Made by a program: the position numbers and the translations under genes
In this document: positions 12,856 to 24,750 of the stretch, piece after piece
Layout of the letters: each line of letters opens with the position of its first letter
Numbering within the stretch: the stretch's first letter is position 1
The notes under the pieces: model-generated
Told to the model about the DNA's origin: nothing
What the model saw: only the letters and a program-made list of their open reading frames with translations
Databases searched by the model: none
Origin: Spirogloea muscicola
Lineage: Eukaryota
Direction: 5' to 3'
Length of the DNA: 45,001 nucleotides
Assembly (NCBI GenBank): GCA_009602725.1
Contig: WELB01000027.1
Span: forward strand, 948,790 to 993,790

Positions 12856-14236
12856 ATGCTCTCCCACCAGCTGCCAGCCCGACCAGGGACGCTGGGCGTC
12901 CATCGCATGGGCGTCGGTTGCTGCAGCCCAAGCACACACGGACACTGTCCCATTGCTACTACGCTTGGCAGAAGGGACAATTTCAGCCGGCGCCAAGGGA
13001 TACGGCCACTGCAGTCCTTGTCAGACTGTCCCCTCAACTGGAAACCACGGGTGACGCTGACCAGCAGCTGCCTGAGGAGCCAGGCAAACCAATATGAGTC
13101 ATCAGTGGTAAGCTTGCAAATGTGCAAGCTCTCTCCCTATGCAGATTTCACGCTGGGTGGCTGCCTGGTGCTCATTGTGAGCACCAGGTACCTGCATGCT
13201 GTCCTTCTTCAATGTTGTGATCGTTTTCTCGATCATGATTTCGGGCAGCAGATTCTTGACGCATTGCTGCAGGTGCCTGAGCTGCACCTCCCCCGCACCC
13301 TGGCCCCTCTTTGCAGACAATTTCAGCATCGGCGCAGCAGGAGAACTTGACTGCAGCGCAATACACAGGTCTTACTGTCCTCCCAGGTCCTGTTAAGAAG
13401 GAGTAACTCTAGCAGCTCCCGCTTGGTGTCTGACCAATCTTCCGGTTGCTGCAGCAACTTTAGTACTTAAAATGACACTCGACCCTTCTATTTGTGTACC
13501 CCTTTCAATCATGGAGGATGTGTGACCCCAAGTCTGGCTGACTTGCAGTATTCTTGACCAGGCAGGAATGCAATGAGGTGCTGAGTACAAAAGACACCTA
13601 ATGATGAGCATGTTCTTGTGACAGCATCAGTTCTCTTTTGCTCATACTCCTTCATGATATGATGTCGTTTAGGAGAAGCCATTCAGGCATTGGATGATGT
13701 GCTGTCAACAAGGCAGATGGCCTTGGATCCGGCTGGCTACTTCGTCATCTCAGTTGACAGAGAAGCTCGCTTGGTCATCGCCGATCACTACTGCAACCTC
13801 ATCAATGCTGAAGGGCTGGCTTGTGACCCTGACACCGGGGAGGTCATCCCCTGTACTGGTTACAAGCCTAGACCTCCAACGCGGTACAGGTGAGCAAGAT
13901 TGTCCTGTTTATTTGTGATGGAATTCGTCACTTCAGAATGATCCTTCTCCTCACCAGCGAAGCTATACCAAGTAGGTTACGGTCTGCTAGTAGGACAAAA
14001 GGAGAACTCTCCTTAGTTGTTGCTTTGCTTACTTGTAGGCGAGCGACTAACAATGTCTACTACCACTTGGATCTGACAGAGGTCGTTCTGCCAAGGAGCT
14101 TAGTGTCCAAATAATTGAGAGGATGCCAGCCGGGCAATGCCCTGTGAGCATGCTCACGCATGCAAATTACCTCGGAAGAGAGTTTCAGAAAGCTGAGGCG
14201 GCTCTGCTAAGCGGCACTCCATATGTGCAAGACTAA
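12856..14236 (+). CDS. DUF4346-domain protein (cyanobacterial type) with a putative plastid transit peptide, copy A (exons 12856-13107, 13317-13368, 13673-13889, 14080-14236)
   Basis: Spliced product: …ALDDVLSTRQMALDPAGYFVISVDR…GLACDPDTGEVIP…GRSAKELSVQI…CPVSMLTHANYLGREFQKAEAALLSGTPYVQD*. LDP.GYF, GR.AKEL and HA.YLGRE…YVQD are DUF4346 hallmarks. Splice phases are consistent; the start codon is inferred. Confidence 0.85.
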
Positions 14237-15160
14237 GTAGAGAAGTGTGGGCAAAACATGGGCCAGCTGGCTTTCCTCCAGGATACTAATTGCTGAGAGT
14301 ATAGATGGTGGGGGTTGGAGTCAATTGAGGACTTCGTTTAGTCTTATCCTGCAGCTCGGCAGGTGCATAGCCACATCCTGATGCAACGATAGGACCATAC
14401 AGTAGAGTATACAGCTGCCAAGATCAAGCAATGCATGAAGGAAGCCCATGAGGAAGGCGGCTTGGTCGCAAGTAGCGGGCTGAAGCACAGCCATGCACCT
14501 GCTGACCTCCGTTCGTTGAAAGCTCGTACCTCGTTGGGCTCAGTGCATAGGGAGTCTGCAAGTGGCTGCTGAGGGGACAGCCCACAAAATAAAGAGTGCT
14601 TGCAAGCAAAATACTCTTTATTCAGAGCCACTTCTTCAGTCAGTGACGAGGTGCTAGTACAACAGGTTGGGCCTAGAAAGGAGATGCTGTCTAAGTTGCA
14701 GGCACCACCCTGTGCATATTGTTGATCTTGGAAGGCCGCACCAGTGACCTGGTGATTGTACATATTCCAGGTTTCAAGCCGTGGCTCCTGACCATTAGGA
14801 TTCAGGATTCTACGTGGCTGCTATGCAGCAAATTGTCACTGAGGCGCTGGCCCTTCTGCAGCCGCTCCATCCGCCTGAAAATGCTTGGCAGCAACAAGGT
14901 ACACCAGAGATGTACCAGAGGTGACCAAGTGGCCACATTGGCCGCATAATGAGGTGAATCATTTTTTGGAGAAAGTGGCTCCCAGATCACGGGCACAGTC
15001 AAGGACTGGTTCGTGAGCAGCCCGCAGTGGGAGGAGGCGCAGGCCACAGGAGGGTGGGGGGTTTTGGCCGAGGAAGGGTTTAGGGAGGGGTGTGGGCCGA
15101 GGCTAGGCCGAGCTTGCCCGCGCCGCCGCTGCAGCCACCACCGCGGCCCCGCCCGCCGCC

Positions 15161-18100
15161 ATGGTGTTCTGGGGTGCGTGCCTGCGCCGCCCTCAGGGCC
15201 CCCTCCCCTCGGCCCGCCCCGCCCTCCCCGCCCTTCGGCGGCTCGTGCCGGCCCACAGGGCTCCGGTGCCATGCCGCCGTCCCAGCTTCCCGCTTGGGCG
15301 CTGCGAACGATGCAGTATCCCGTCCGGCCCCTCCCGGGTGCGACGCATGGCCCCGACGCTGAGGGCTTTCTCCGACGTGGCAAGGCTGCGCTCATTCTGG
15401 CCTCCTCGCGAACCCGCTTGTGCAGGTGCAGTCGTGAAGCCCGGCAAGCCGATCCGGCAGGTACCCACTGAGGGCGTCGGCAGCCAGCTCCACCTTTCCC
15501 AGGTCAACTCTACACACTCTCCCCGGCGCCAACGTACTTTCTTGCGCCTTATACGATGGCTAGGCCTGCCAGTATGTAGATTGCCTAGCAAGCCCCTTTG
15601 ACACCACTCGAGACAAATGGAAGCAGCAACTGAAGGACCTGCCAGACACCGCGGCCCGTGCAGCGTGAAGGCTCGTTCAAGTCCGTAACGAGGCCGCAAG
15701 TCCGCTTGCCCGTATCCTTTTCAAGCAAGAAAACCACTGAAGTCACACACTGTGCTGTGCGGTGTATCCAGGCAACACTGGGCCGCAACGTATCTGCCGG
15801 AGCGAGGACAGTCGTGAAAGCGAGAGTGGGCGACGGGCCGACCATCTGGCTTTGCTCGCTGACAGGCGGTTCGCAGGAGAGCGTGTCTTTGGACCTTCTT
15901 TTTGATCAGGTCGTCACTTTTGCCGTCTCTGGGAAGGCCTCTGTGCACTTGACGGGCTACTACATCCCAAATGCTCTGGAGGACGACGACGACGGGGAAT
16001 TTGACGAGTACGAGGACTCTGAGGACGAGGACGACGATGCTGACGAGTTTGAGGACGAGGACGAGCTACTGTATCCTTCCTTCCGATACTGCTGATAGTA
16101 CGTGCAGGAGTCACCAATCGTGAGGTGCTGTGCTCTGCCTGAGATTCAAGGTTTAAGGGGATTGTGCTACTGAAAATTGTTCATGTAGTTGACTGAGGAT
16201 CATCGTTTGATCCGAATACTCGCTTCTGCTCCATCCTTGTTCGTCTCGTGTCTGATTACCTTGATTACCTTGACTCGAGTTAACAAGTGAAGCTGGGGAT
16301 GATGATGATGACGACGAGGAAGAGGACGACGAGATGCCAGAGGCAGTGCCCTTGGAGTCGAATGGTGACCATCTTGGCTGTTATGGACCCTCCACTTTGC
16401 CAAGCTGGTCGCATCAGCTGCAGCAGTACATTCTCTCTCATGATGCTGTGTCCTCAGTTTTCGTCGTGCTGCACAGACTTTATGAAGATTTCAATGGTGG
16501 GTTGCTGAATTTTGCAGTTGTTATCCAGGAGGTCACTGAGGAGGAGGCAGTTCTACTCAAGGATGGGAAGGTCCAGAATTCTTACAGCTACCAAGTAGAG
16601 ACCTCTGTGCAGCCTATCATTGAAGAGAAGGAGGCATCCCTGCAGGAGGGACAAGGTACTGATGAGGCAGTTAAGGCCGGGGAGAGAGAAGCTGCAGAGG
16701 AGGGAGAGGAGGAAGATGAAGATGGGTTCCTCCTTGTGAAGAGGACTACGGATGTCATAGAAGTGGAGGTGACGCAACCGAGCAAAACACGAGCTGTGGC
16801 CTCAGAAGAGTGAGACTTCAAATCATCTCTTCGTCTTTGCCACTGAGTGTCCCAACTGGCATGCATGCAGCCAGAGCATGCACTGTGCTATATGAAAGTG
16901 TCCTCTTTCAATACTTCTGCAGGAACAAGCCAGTACAATCCACAGAACACACATCCAATATGAACGATGGGAAGCAAGAAGCTGTGATGGAAGGGGAAAC
17001 TACAACAGAATCAGAGACAGCTCCTAGTACTTCGGAAGGTGTTGCAGAAGGTGTTGCAACACAAGCTGCAAGCCAGGCTGTCAGTCAGCCTCTTGGCAAG
17101 AAGAAGCGGAAGGCAGAGAGAAGCAAGGGCAGAGTGCAGGGAGACGAAGAGGTAAAAGCAGCCACTGAACAAGAAAGTGCACCTCTACTTGCAAGGCCTT
17201 CCACCACGGCCACAGAGAAAACTCCAGAGAAAGCAAATGGAGGTGATGAGACACAGGTCAAGACTCCAGAAAATGCAGCTGCTGCAAGTACAGCTGAGGG
17301 AAGAGCACCTGATATGGCTCGTGAGGAAGCAAAGCCAAAGTCAACAAAAAAGAGAGCACCTGCAGTACGAAGGTTCCCCAATGGCATGGAGGTTGAGGAG
17401 TTGGCACTCGGCAAACCAGATGGCAGGGCTGCAAAAATGGGGAAAACGGTGTGTTGTTCCCTATGAGCATTGCTGCACGATCTGGGGATGGTCTAAGCAT
17501 CAGCTGTGCAACTGGCTTGCTTTTGTTGGGCAGAAAATGTGCAGTCACTGTCATTCATGCCCCCCTGTTTACTGAAGTGCAGTAAATGCACACTGTGGGA
17601 TGGATGCTGTGTGAGAAGGTCTTGATGCACTATACTGGCCGCCTGAAGTCCACTGGCAAGATATTTGACAGCAATCTTGCTCCGCAGAAACCATTTGCTT
17701 TCCGATTAGGTGGGTAGTGTCTTCTTCATGTGTGAATGTTTGAGAAGGCTGCAAAAACCAGCCACTTGTGATGCCTCCCTGTGTGCCACTGCATTCTCTC
17801 CATGACTTTTTCTGCGCTTTACCCTGCATGCTTCGGCATCTTGTGCTCCTACTTCACCGCCGAAGACATTGAGTGCTGCGACCTCCTGATGCAAGGTTGT
17901 GCTGTCTGTACAGGTGTTGGGGAGGTCATCAAGGGCTGGGATGTTGGTGTACAAGGTGCAACTTTAATTCGATAATGATCCCACACAAGCAGCTCTATAT
18001 CATTGTGGTGCAGTTGTCATTCTAGTTGAGACTGAGAGTTGCTGTGTTGTGCATTACACTTCTCACTAATACTTCTCTGTGTATGTGGGTGTGTACATGC

Positions 18101-18591
18101 ACACACTCGCTTGTCCAGACTGCGTCATGATGCAAATGCAAAACCATCTAGAGTGCAACTCAGAAGCAAGCTGGGGTGCTGCAGTATCTGGCAGACAAGC
18201 CTTTGACGCATGACTTGTGAGGTCTTCTGAGAGACGAGCACACGTGGTACTCACCATGTGTGATCACTGTGATGCATGGGTACACAAGGCATGAGAGTTG
18301 GCGACAAACGTAAATTGACCCTTCCACCGCAGATGGGGTATGTCAGATGCTCTCTGCTGTGTGCTCAAAAGTATGGAGGCATCATTGTGAGTGCAACTGG
18401 AAAGGAAGTGTTTATTTTTGGTATCATCATGCATGACTATGGTTAGATGGTAGTATCATGAGAATGTTGCGTTTACAGCTTGACCAGGTGTGGGGCTTGC
18501 TGTCTGCAGATATGGAGCAAAAGGGGCTCCGCTAGACATTCCTGGGAATGCCTGGCTCGTCTTTGACGTGGAACTTGTTGGTGTCAAGTGA
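15161..18591 (+). CDS. FKBP53: FKBP53/FKBP43-like nucleoplasmin-domain histone chaperone and peptidyl-prolyl isomerase
   Basis: N-terminal NPL domain (MVFWGAVVKPGK…LHLSQATLG…LCSL…VHLTGY), acidic and basic tracts, then FKBP exons VLMHYTGRLKSTGKIFDSN / [57 protein letters not shown]. Confidence 0.93.
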
Positions 18592-19002
18592 GTCTTGACT
18601 TGATTTGCTCAAGGCTGTCTATTTTGTGAAGCGTGCATAGTGTGTGCCTCCCGTGTCAACTGAGTTCCACAGTAGCGATTTGGCACATTGCCACTTGGCA
18701 TGAGTACAAGCCCTCAGAAGGACACTCACAAACATGAGCAGAGACTCTGATGCAGCACTCAGCAATCCTTGTGAGCAGAGGCTTGCAAGATGCAAGAAGA
18801 TTTTTGCACAAATAACATCAGTACCTGGGCACTAAGAAGGCCGGCAAGTGTAGTCCTCATATCGTGATGTTATATTAGGCGCCAAACAGCAAAACCACAG
18901 CCCACAAGAGGAAAGGCGCGCGGTGTGCATGCATTGAAGGGAAGCCAAGCCACTGTTTAGTCCGAAGTCCGTAGTGCAATGGATGAAGAAGAGTAAGCAG
19001 CT

Positions 19003-19239
19003 CCTCGGCGCTCGGTGGCTCGAGTTGCTCAACCAGCTCGCCCGCCACGCCGTCGCCCGCCGCTTCATGGGGACCCGGTGGACTTTCCTGCAGCCGGGTC
19101 GCTAGCGCAGGTGTACTGGATGCGCTTGGCCGTCTCGCTGCAGCGGTCGATGGCGCTGCACCTGCGTGCAACATGTAGCTGCTTCGTTTCTTCTATTTTG
19201 TGCTTGATTTTCTTAGCGCTTCCCCTGGCCCCCTTTTCG
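19003..19239 (+). mobile_element. Family-1 CRE-like retrotransposon ORF C-terminus plus partial 3' UTR, cut by the N at 19240
   Basis: LGARWLELLNQLARHAVARRF/GDPVDFPAAGSLAQVYWMRLAVSLQRSMALHLRA, homologous to 24290-24548 (rc). Confidence 0.7.
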
Positions 19240-19240
19240 N

Positions 19241-20513
19241 GAATGTACTGCTGCAGCTGATGCGACCAGCTTGGCAAAGTGGAGGGTCCATAACAGCCAA
19301 GATGGTCACCATTCGACTCCAAGGGCACTGCCTCTGGCATCTCGTCGTCCTCTTCCTCGTCGTCATCATCATCATCCCCAGCTTCACTTGTTAACTCGAG
19401 TCAAGGTAATCAAGGTAATCAGACACGAGACGAACAAGGATGGAGCAGAAGCGAGTATTCGGATCAAACGATGATCCTCAGTCAACTACATGAACAATTT
19501 TCAGTAGCACAATCCCCTTAAACCTTGAATCTCAGGCAGAGCACAGCACCTCACGATTGGTGACTCCTGCACGTACTATCAGCAGTATCGGAAGGAAGGA
19601 TACAGTAGCTCGTCCTCGTCCTCAAACTCGTCAGCATCGTCGTCCTCGTCCTCAGAGTCCTCGTACTCGTCAAATTCCCCGTCGTCGTCGTCCTCCAGAG
19701 CATTTGGGATGTAGTAGCCCGTCAAGTGCACAGAGGCCTTCCCAGAGACGGCAAAAGTGACGACCTGATCAAAAAGAAGGTCCAAAGACACGCTCTCCTG
19801 CGAACCGCCTGTCAGCGAGCAAAGCCAGATGGTCGGCCCGTCGCCCACTCTCGCTTTCACGACTGTCCTCGCTCCGGCAGATACGTTGCGGCCCAGTGTT
19901 GCCTGGATACACCGCACAGCACAGTGTGTGACTTCAGTGGTTTTCTTGCTTGAAAAGGATACGGGCAAGCGGACTTGCGGCCTCGTTACGGACTTGAACG
20001 AGCCTTCACGCTGCACGGGCCGCGGTGTCTGGCAGGTCCTTCAGTTGCTGCTTCCATTTGTCTCGAGTGGTGTCAAAGGGGCTTGCTAGGCAATCTACAT
20101 ACTGGCAGGCCTAGCCATCGTATAAGGCGCAAGAAAGTACGTTGGCGCCGGGGAGAGTGTGTAGAGTTGACCTGGGAAAGGTGGAGCTGGCTGCCGACGC
20201 CCTCAGTGGGTACCTGCCGGATCGGCTTGCCGGGCTTCACGACTGCACCTGCACAAGCGGGTTCGCGAGGAGGCCAGAATGAGCGCAGCCTTGCCACGTC
20301 GGAGAAAGCCCTCAGCGTCGGGGCCATGCGTCGCACCCGGGAGGGGCCGGACGGGATACTGCATCGTTCGCAGCGCCCAAGCGGGAAGCTGGGACGGCGG
20401 CATGGCACCGGAGCCCTGTGGGCCGGCACGAGCCGCCGAAGGGCGGGGAGGGCGGGGCGGGCCGAGGGGAGGGGGCCCTGAGGGCGGCGCAGGCACGCAC
20501 CCCAGAACACCAT
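19241..20513 (-). CDS. FKBP53: FKBP53-like copy B, 5' part only, truncated at a scaffold N
   Basis: Reverse complement of 15161-16433. Paired ORFs translate identically and paired coordinates sum to 35674. Confidence 0.8.
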
Positions 20514-20660
20514 GGCGGCGGGCGGGGCCGCGGCGGCGGCTGCGGCGGCGGGCGCCGGGAAGCTCGGCCTGGGCCCCTTCCGCTCCACACCCCTCCCAAA
20601 ACCCTTCGTGGGCCAGAACACCCCCCCCGCGGCTGTGGGTGGGTCTCCTGGGCTCTCTCC

Positions 20661-20963
20661 CCAGGCGATTGCTTCGCATCGCCAGGCTGGTCGCGCCCTT
20701 GCAGCAGCCTCTGGTTTGCGCAGCGGGGTTGCTCTTCCTCCTTCTCTGAACCTTTGTGAATTCTTTTTGGGCTGGCTTTTCGCAGCCCTTGCCCCCATTG
20801 GGAGTGCCACTTCTTCCTCCCCTCAGCTCATCTGACTTCCTACTGCTGACTCGGGGGTTTTGGGGGCGCCCTGTCTGCCTAGCCTTTGGCTCCGTCATGA
20901 ACACCTGTATGCATCTGGCTGGCAGTTTACAGCCGATTCTTAAATATCAGCAGCCGCTTCCCT
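20661..20963 (+). mobile_element. Family-2 retrotransposon 3' end with a nested family-1-type 3' UTR, upstream of FKBP53 copy B only
   Basis: QAIASHRQAGRALAAASGLRSGVALPP…LSSSDFLLLTRG followed by the family-2 UTR. The nested 70-bp piece (20742-20811) is flanked by tcttcctcc repeats. Absent in arm A near 15040. Confidence 0.75.
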
Positions 20964-21753
20964 TGCCGGAGCCGGCGCCTCGTCCACCGTGCGGGCTGCT
21001 CTCCGCCGTCACGCGCCGGCCGCCGCTCACTAGCCAGCCCGTGACTGTGATCTGGGAGCTACTCTCTCTCTAAACAATAATCACCTCTTCATGCGGCCAA
21101 TGCGGCCACTTGGTCACCTCTGGTAGAATCTTCATTGTACCTTGTTGCTGTTAAGAATTGTCAGGCTGATGGAAGCGGCTGCAGAAGGGCCAGCCCCTCG
21201 GTGGCAAATTGCTGCATAGCAGCCACGTAGACTCCTGAATCCTGATAGTCAGGAGCCACGGCTTAAAACTACATGCACAGGGAGGTGACTGCAACTTGGA
21301 CAGCATCTCCTTTCTGACCTCAACCTGTTGTATTAGCACCTCTTCAGCTGACTGAACAAGTGGCTCTGAATAACGGGACGTGTGCTTGCAAGCACTCATA
21401 ACCGTTTGAGTTGTCCCCTCGGCAGCCACTTTCTCACTCCCTTTGCACTGAGCCCAGCGAGGTACGAGCTTTCACCGTGCTGAGGTCATCAAATGCATGC
21501 TGTGCTTCAGCCCGCTACTTGCAATTCAAGCCGCCTTCCTTATGTGCTTCCTTCATGTACTGCTGAGTATTTGCCAGCTGTTTACTATTGCTGTACGGTC
21601 CTATTGTTGCATCAGAATGCGGCTATGCGTCTGCTGAGCTGCAGAATGTGACTGAAGGCAGTGCTCAAGCGCCTCCAAGCTCCATCATATATGCCATCAG
21701 CAATTATCCTGGGGGGAAGCCAGCTGGCCCATCATTTGCTCACACTCATCTGC

Positions 21754-23086
21754 TTAGTCTTGCACATATGGACTGCCGCTTAGCAGAGCCGCCTCAGCTT
21801 TCTGAAATTCTCTTCCGAGGTAATTTGCATGCGTGAGCATGCTCACAGGGCATTGCCCGGCTGGCGTCCTCTCAATTATTTGGACACTAAGCTCCTTGGC
21901 AGACCGACCTCTGTCAGATCCAAGTGGTAGTAGACATTGTTAGTCGACCTGCGCTCTCCAACAACTAAGCAAAGCAACAACTAAGGAGAGTTGTCCTTTT
22001 GTCTTACTAGCAGAAGTTAACCTACTTGGTTTAGCTTCGCTGGTGAGAAGAAGGATCATTCTGAAGAGAGAAATTCCATCACAACCTAACCGGACATTCT
22101 TGCTCACCTGTACCGCGTTGGAGGTCTAGGCTTGTAACCAGTACAGGGGATGACCTCCCCAGTGTCAGGATCACAAGCCAGCCCTTCAGCATTGATGAGG
22201 TTGCAGTAGTGATCGGCAATGACCAAGCGAGCTTCTCTGTCGACTGAGACAACGAAGTAGCCAGCCGGATCCAAGGCCATCTGCCTTGTTGACAGCACAT
22301 CATCCAATGCCTGAATGGCTTCTCCTAAACAACATCACACCATGAAGAGAATGAGCAGAAGATGACTGATGCAGTCACAAGAACATGCTCATGATTAGGT
22401 GCCTTTTGTACTCAGCAGCTCATTGCATTCCTGCCTGGTCAAGGTACTGCAAAATCAGCTAGAATCGGGGTCACACATCCTCCGTGCTTGGAAGGAGTAC
22501 ACTATCAGAAGGGTCAAGTGACAGTCAAGGACTACGTGCTGCAGCAATGGAAACATTGGTCAGACACCAAGCAGGAGCTGTTAGGGTTGCTCCTTAAAAG
22601 GACCTGAGAGGAAAATAAGACCTGTGTATTGCGCTGCAGTCAACTTCTCCTGCTGCGCCAATGCTGATATTATCTGCAAGGAGGGGCCAGGGTGGGAGGG
22701 AAACCCTGATCGAGAAAACGATCACAATATCGAAGAAGGACAGCAGGCCAATACCTGGTGCTCACAATGAGCACCCGGCAGCCACCCAGCTTGAAATCTG
22801 CATAAGAAGAGAGCTTGCACAGTTGCAAGCTCACCACTGATGACTCATGTTGGATTACCTGGCTCCTCAGGCAGCTGCTGGTCAGCGTCACCCGTGGTTT
22901 CCAGTTGAGGGGACTGTCTGAAAAGGACTGCAGTGGCCGTATCCCTTGGCGCCGGCTGAAATTGTCCCTTCTGCCAAGCGTATTAGCAATGGGACAGTGT
23001 CCGTGTGTGCTTAAGCTGCAGCAACCGACGCCTATGCGATGGACGCCCAGCGTCCCTGGTCGGGCTGGCAGCTGGTGGGAGAGCAT
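21754..23086 (-). CDS. DUF4346-domain protein, copy B
   Basis: Same exon structure as copy A. Core exons are nearly identical in protein (LDPAGYFVVSVDR…YVQD*). Confidence 0.85.
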
Positions 23087-23322
23087 GTGACGGGCACCGG
23101 GGAGCCCACTTGCCCGCACACCGCGGCACCCGTCGGGCCTGCGCCTGCGTCACACCGGTGAGGAAGCGGGGGAGCCAGCGCCCGGGCGCGAGGAGGCTGC
23201 ACTGAGGAGGGCGGGCGGGTACTGGCAACCTTTGGGGGTTCGCGGGGGGTCGCGGGGTGGCGGTGGTGGACGTGGTGGACGTGGAATGTGTGAGAGAGAA
23301 AGAAGTGAGCTCTCCCAAAGAG

Positions 23323-24750
23323 AGAGAAGGCGCGCGGGGCGCATGAATTGAAAGGGAGGCCAATTCAAGCCAATACATTGTTCAGGCAGAGTCGAGTGCA
23401 GACTAAACAATGCTACATAATACGGAGACAAAGGGGGCAAAGCCAGCCCGAAAAGAATTGACAAAAGAGAGAATGCGGCTGCTGATATTAAAGAATCGGC
23501 TGTAAATCGCCAGACAGATGCATACAGGTGTTCATGACGGAGCCAAGGCCTAGGCAGACAGGGAGGAGAGAGCTCGCCCATAGAAGAGAGGGGCTGGCAG
23601 AAGCCCTCAATACCCCCAGTGTCAGCAGTAGTAAGTCAGATGAGCTGAGGGGAGGAAGAGCAACCCCGCTGTGCAAACCAGAGGCTGCTGCAAGGGCGCG
23701 ACCAGCCCGGCGATGCAAAGAAAGAAAGCGCGGCCAGATTGACTGGTGGCTGGGAAAGGCCAGCCCAAAGGAATGGACAAGGTCTCTAGGAGCCGGAGTG
23801 CGAAGGCCTAGGACGAAGACATAAGCCGGGGAACGCAGCGGTCCCAGGCGATGCAAAGCAATCGCCTGGGACCGCTGTAGGCACATAAATAAACGCATTC
23901 GGTAGCAGGAAACAAGACCCAAAGGCACCGAGCCACCGGGAAGGGCTGCACCCTGTTTCTGGCGCCGCTGGTCAGCTTGAGAGGCTAGCAGCGAAAGTAA
24001 CGAGGACCACCAACCCCCGTAATACCCCATGGATGTCCATGGCCAGGGGTGTAAAGAAGAAAGTGCGGCCAAATTGACTGGTGGCTGGGAAAGGCCAGCC
24101 CAAAGGAGTGGACAAGGTCTGAAGGAGCCGGAGTGCGTCCGTGGCCAGGTGGTAAAAGGTATCAGGAGAAAGTGCTCGCCCATTGAGAATAAAGGCTGGA
24201 CAAACCAGCCCGAAAAAGAATGAACAGAGTACGAGAAGGGGGCCAGAGAGAGCGCTAAGAAACAGAAAAAGCAGCTACGAATCACTCAGTAACCTCTGCA
24301 AAGCAGCCGCCGGTCCGAGATGCTAGGCTCGTTGAAGTGGGTCCCCTGGCCAGAGCCAGAGGCAGCAGCGAGGGCTCTGCCGGCACGAAGGTGCATCGCC
24401 CGGGCCATAGACCTCTGCAGCGAGACGGCTAGGCGCATTCGATACACTTGCGCCAGCGACCCTGCTGCAGGAAAGGCTACCGGCTCCCCATGGAAGCGAC
24501 GGGCGATGGTGTGGCGGGCGAGCTGGGTGAGCAGCTCGAGCCACCGAGGTATCACCCACCGGGTGGTCCTTTTACTTGTGCAACTTCTTCTGGTCGGCCA
24601 CCTTCACGGCATCGCCGGTCTCGGAAGTAGTGGGGGGAAAAAGGGTCGAAGGAGCCAAATGACGGAGGGGCCTGACGCGCTGAGAGAGAGAGAGAGAGGG
24701 CGCGCGGTGCGCATGGAATGCAAGGGAGGCCAACACATTGCTCAGGCAAA
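23323..24750 (-). mobile_element. Large composite stack of retrotransposon 3' fragments (families 1-4) in the DUF4346/RIF1 divergent promoter of arm B
   Basis: Family 1 at 24165-24548 (RWLELLTQLARH…RMRLAVSLQRSMARAMHLRAGRALAAASG…LLCRGY*). Family 2 at 23465-23990 (YRMRLFMCLQRSQAIALHRRAGRALAAASG). Family 3 inserts at 23721-23846 and ~24055-24140. Family-4 ends at ~23323-23390 and ~24690-24750. Confidence 0.75.

Larger units (their letters stand above)
1..16433 (+). repeat. Arm A of a large diverged inverted duplication (partner 19241-36278)
   Basis: Same genes, introns and intergenic DNA recur in reverse complement: RAMP4 3296/33581, RIF1 12156/24976, DUF4346 12856/23086, FKBP53 15161/20513. 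Non-coding 11-480 matches 35790-36255. Confidence 0.95.

Noticed and set aside
12219..13350. Long overlapping GC-rich ORFs (also 20073-20904, 24320-25072, 33396-34088, 44079-44816)
   Set aside because: Stop-poor CpG-island sequence. They cross repeats and introns and show no protein-like character beyond the exons already called.
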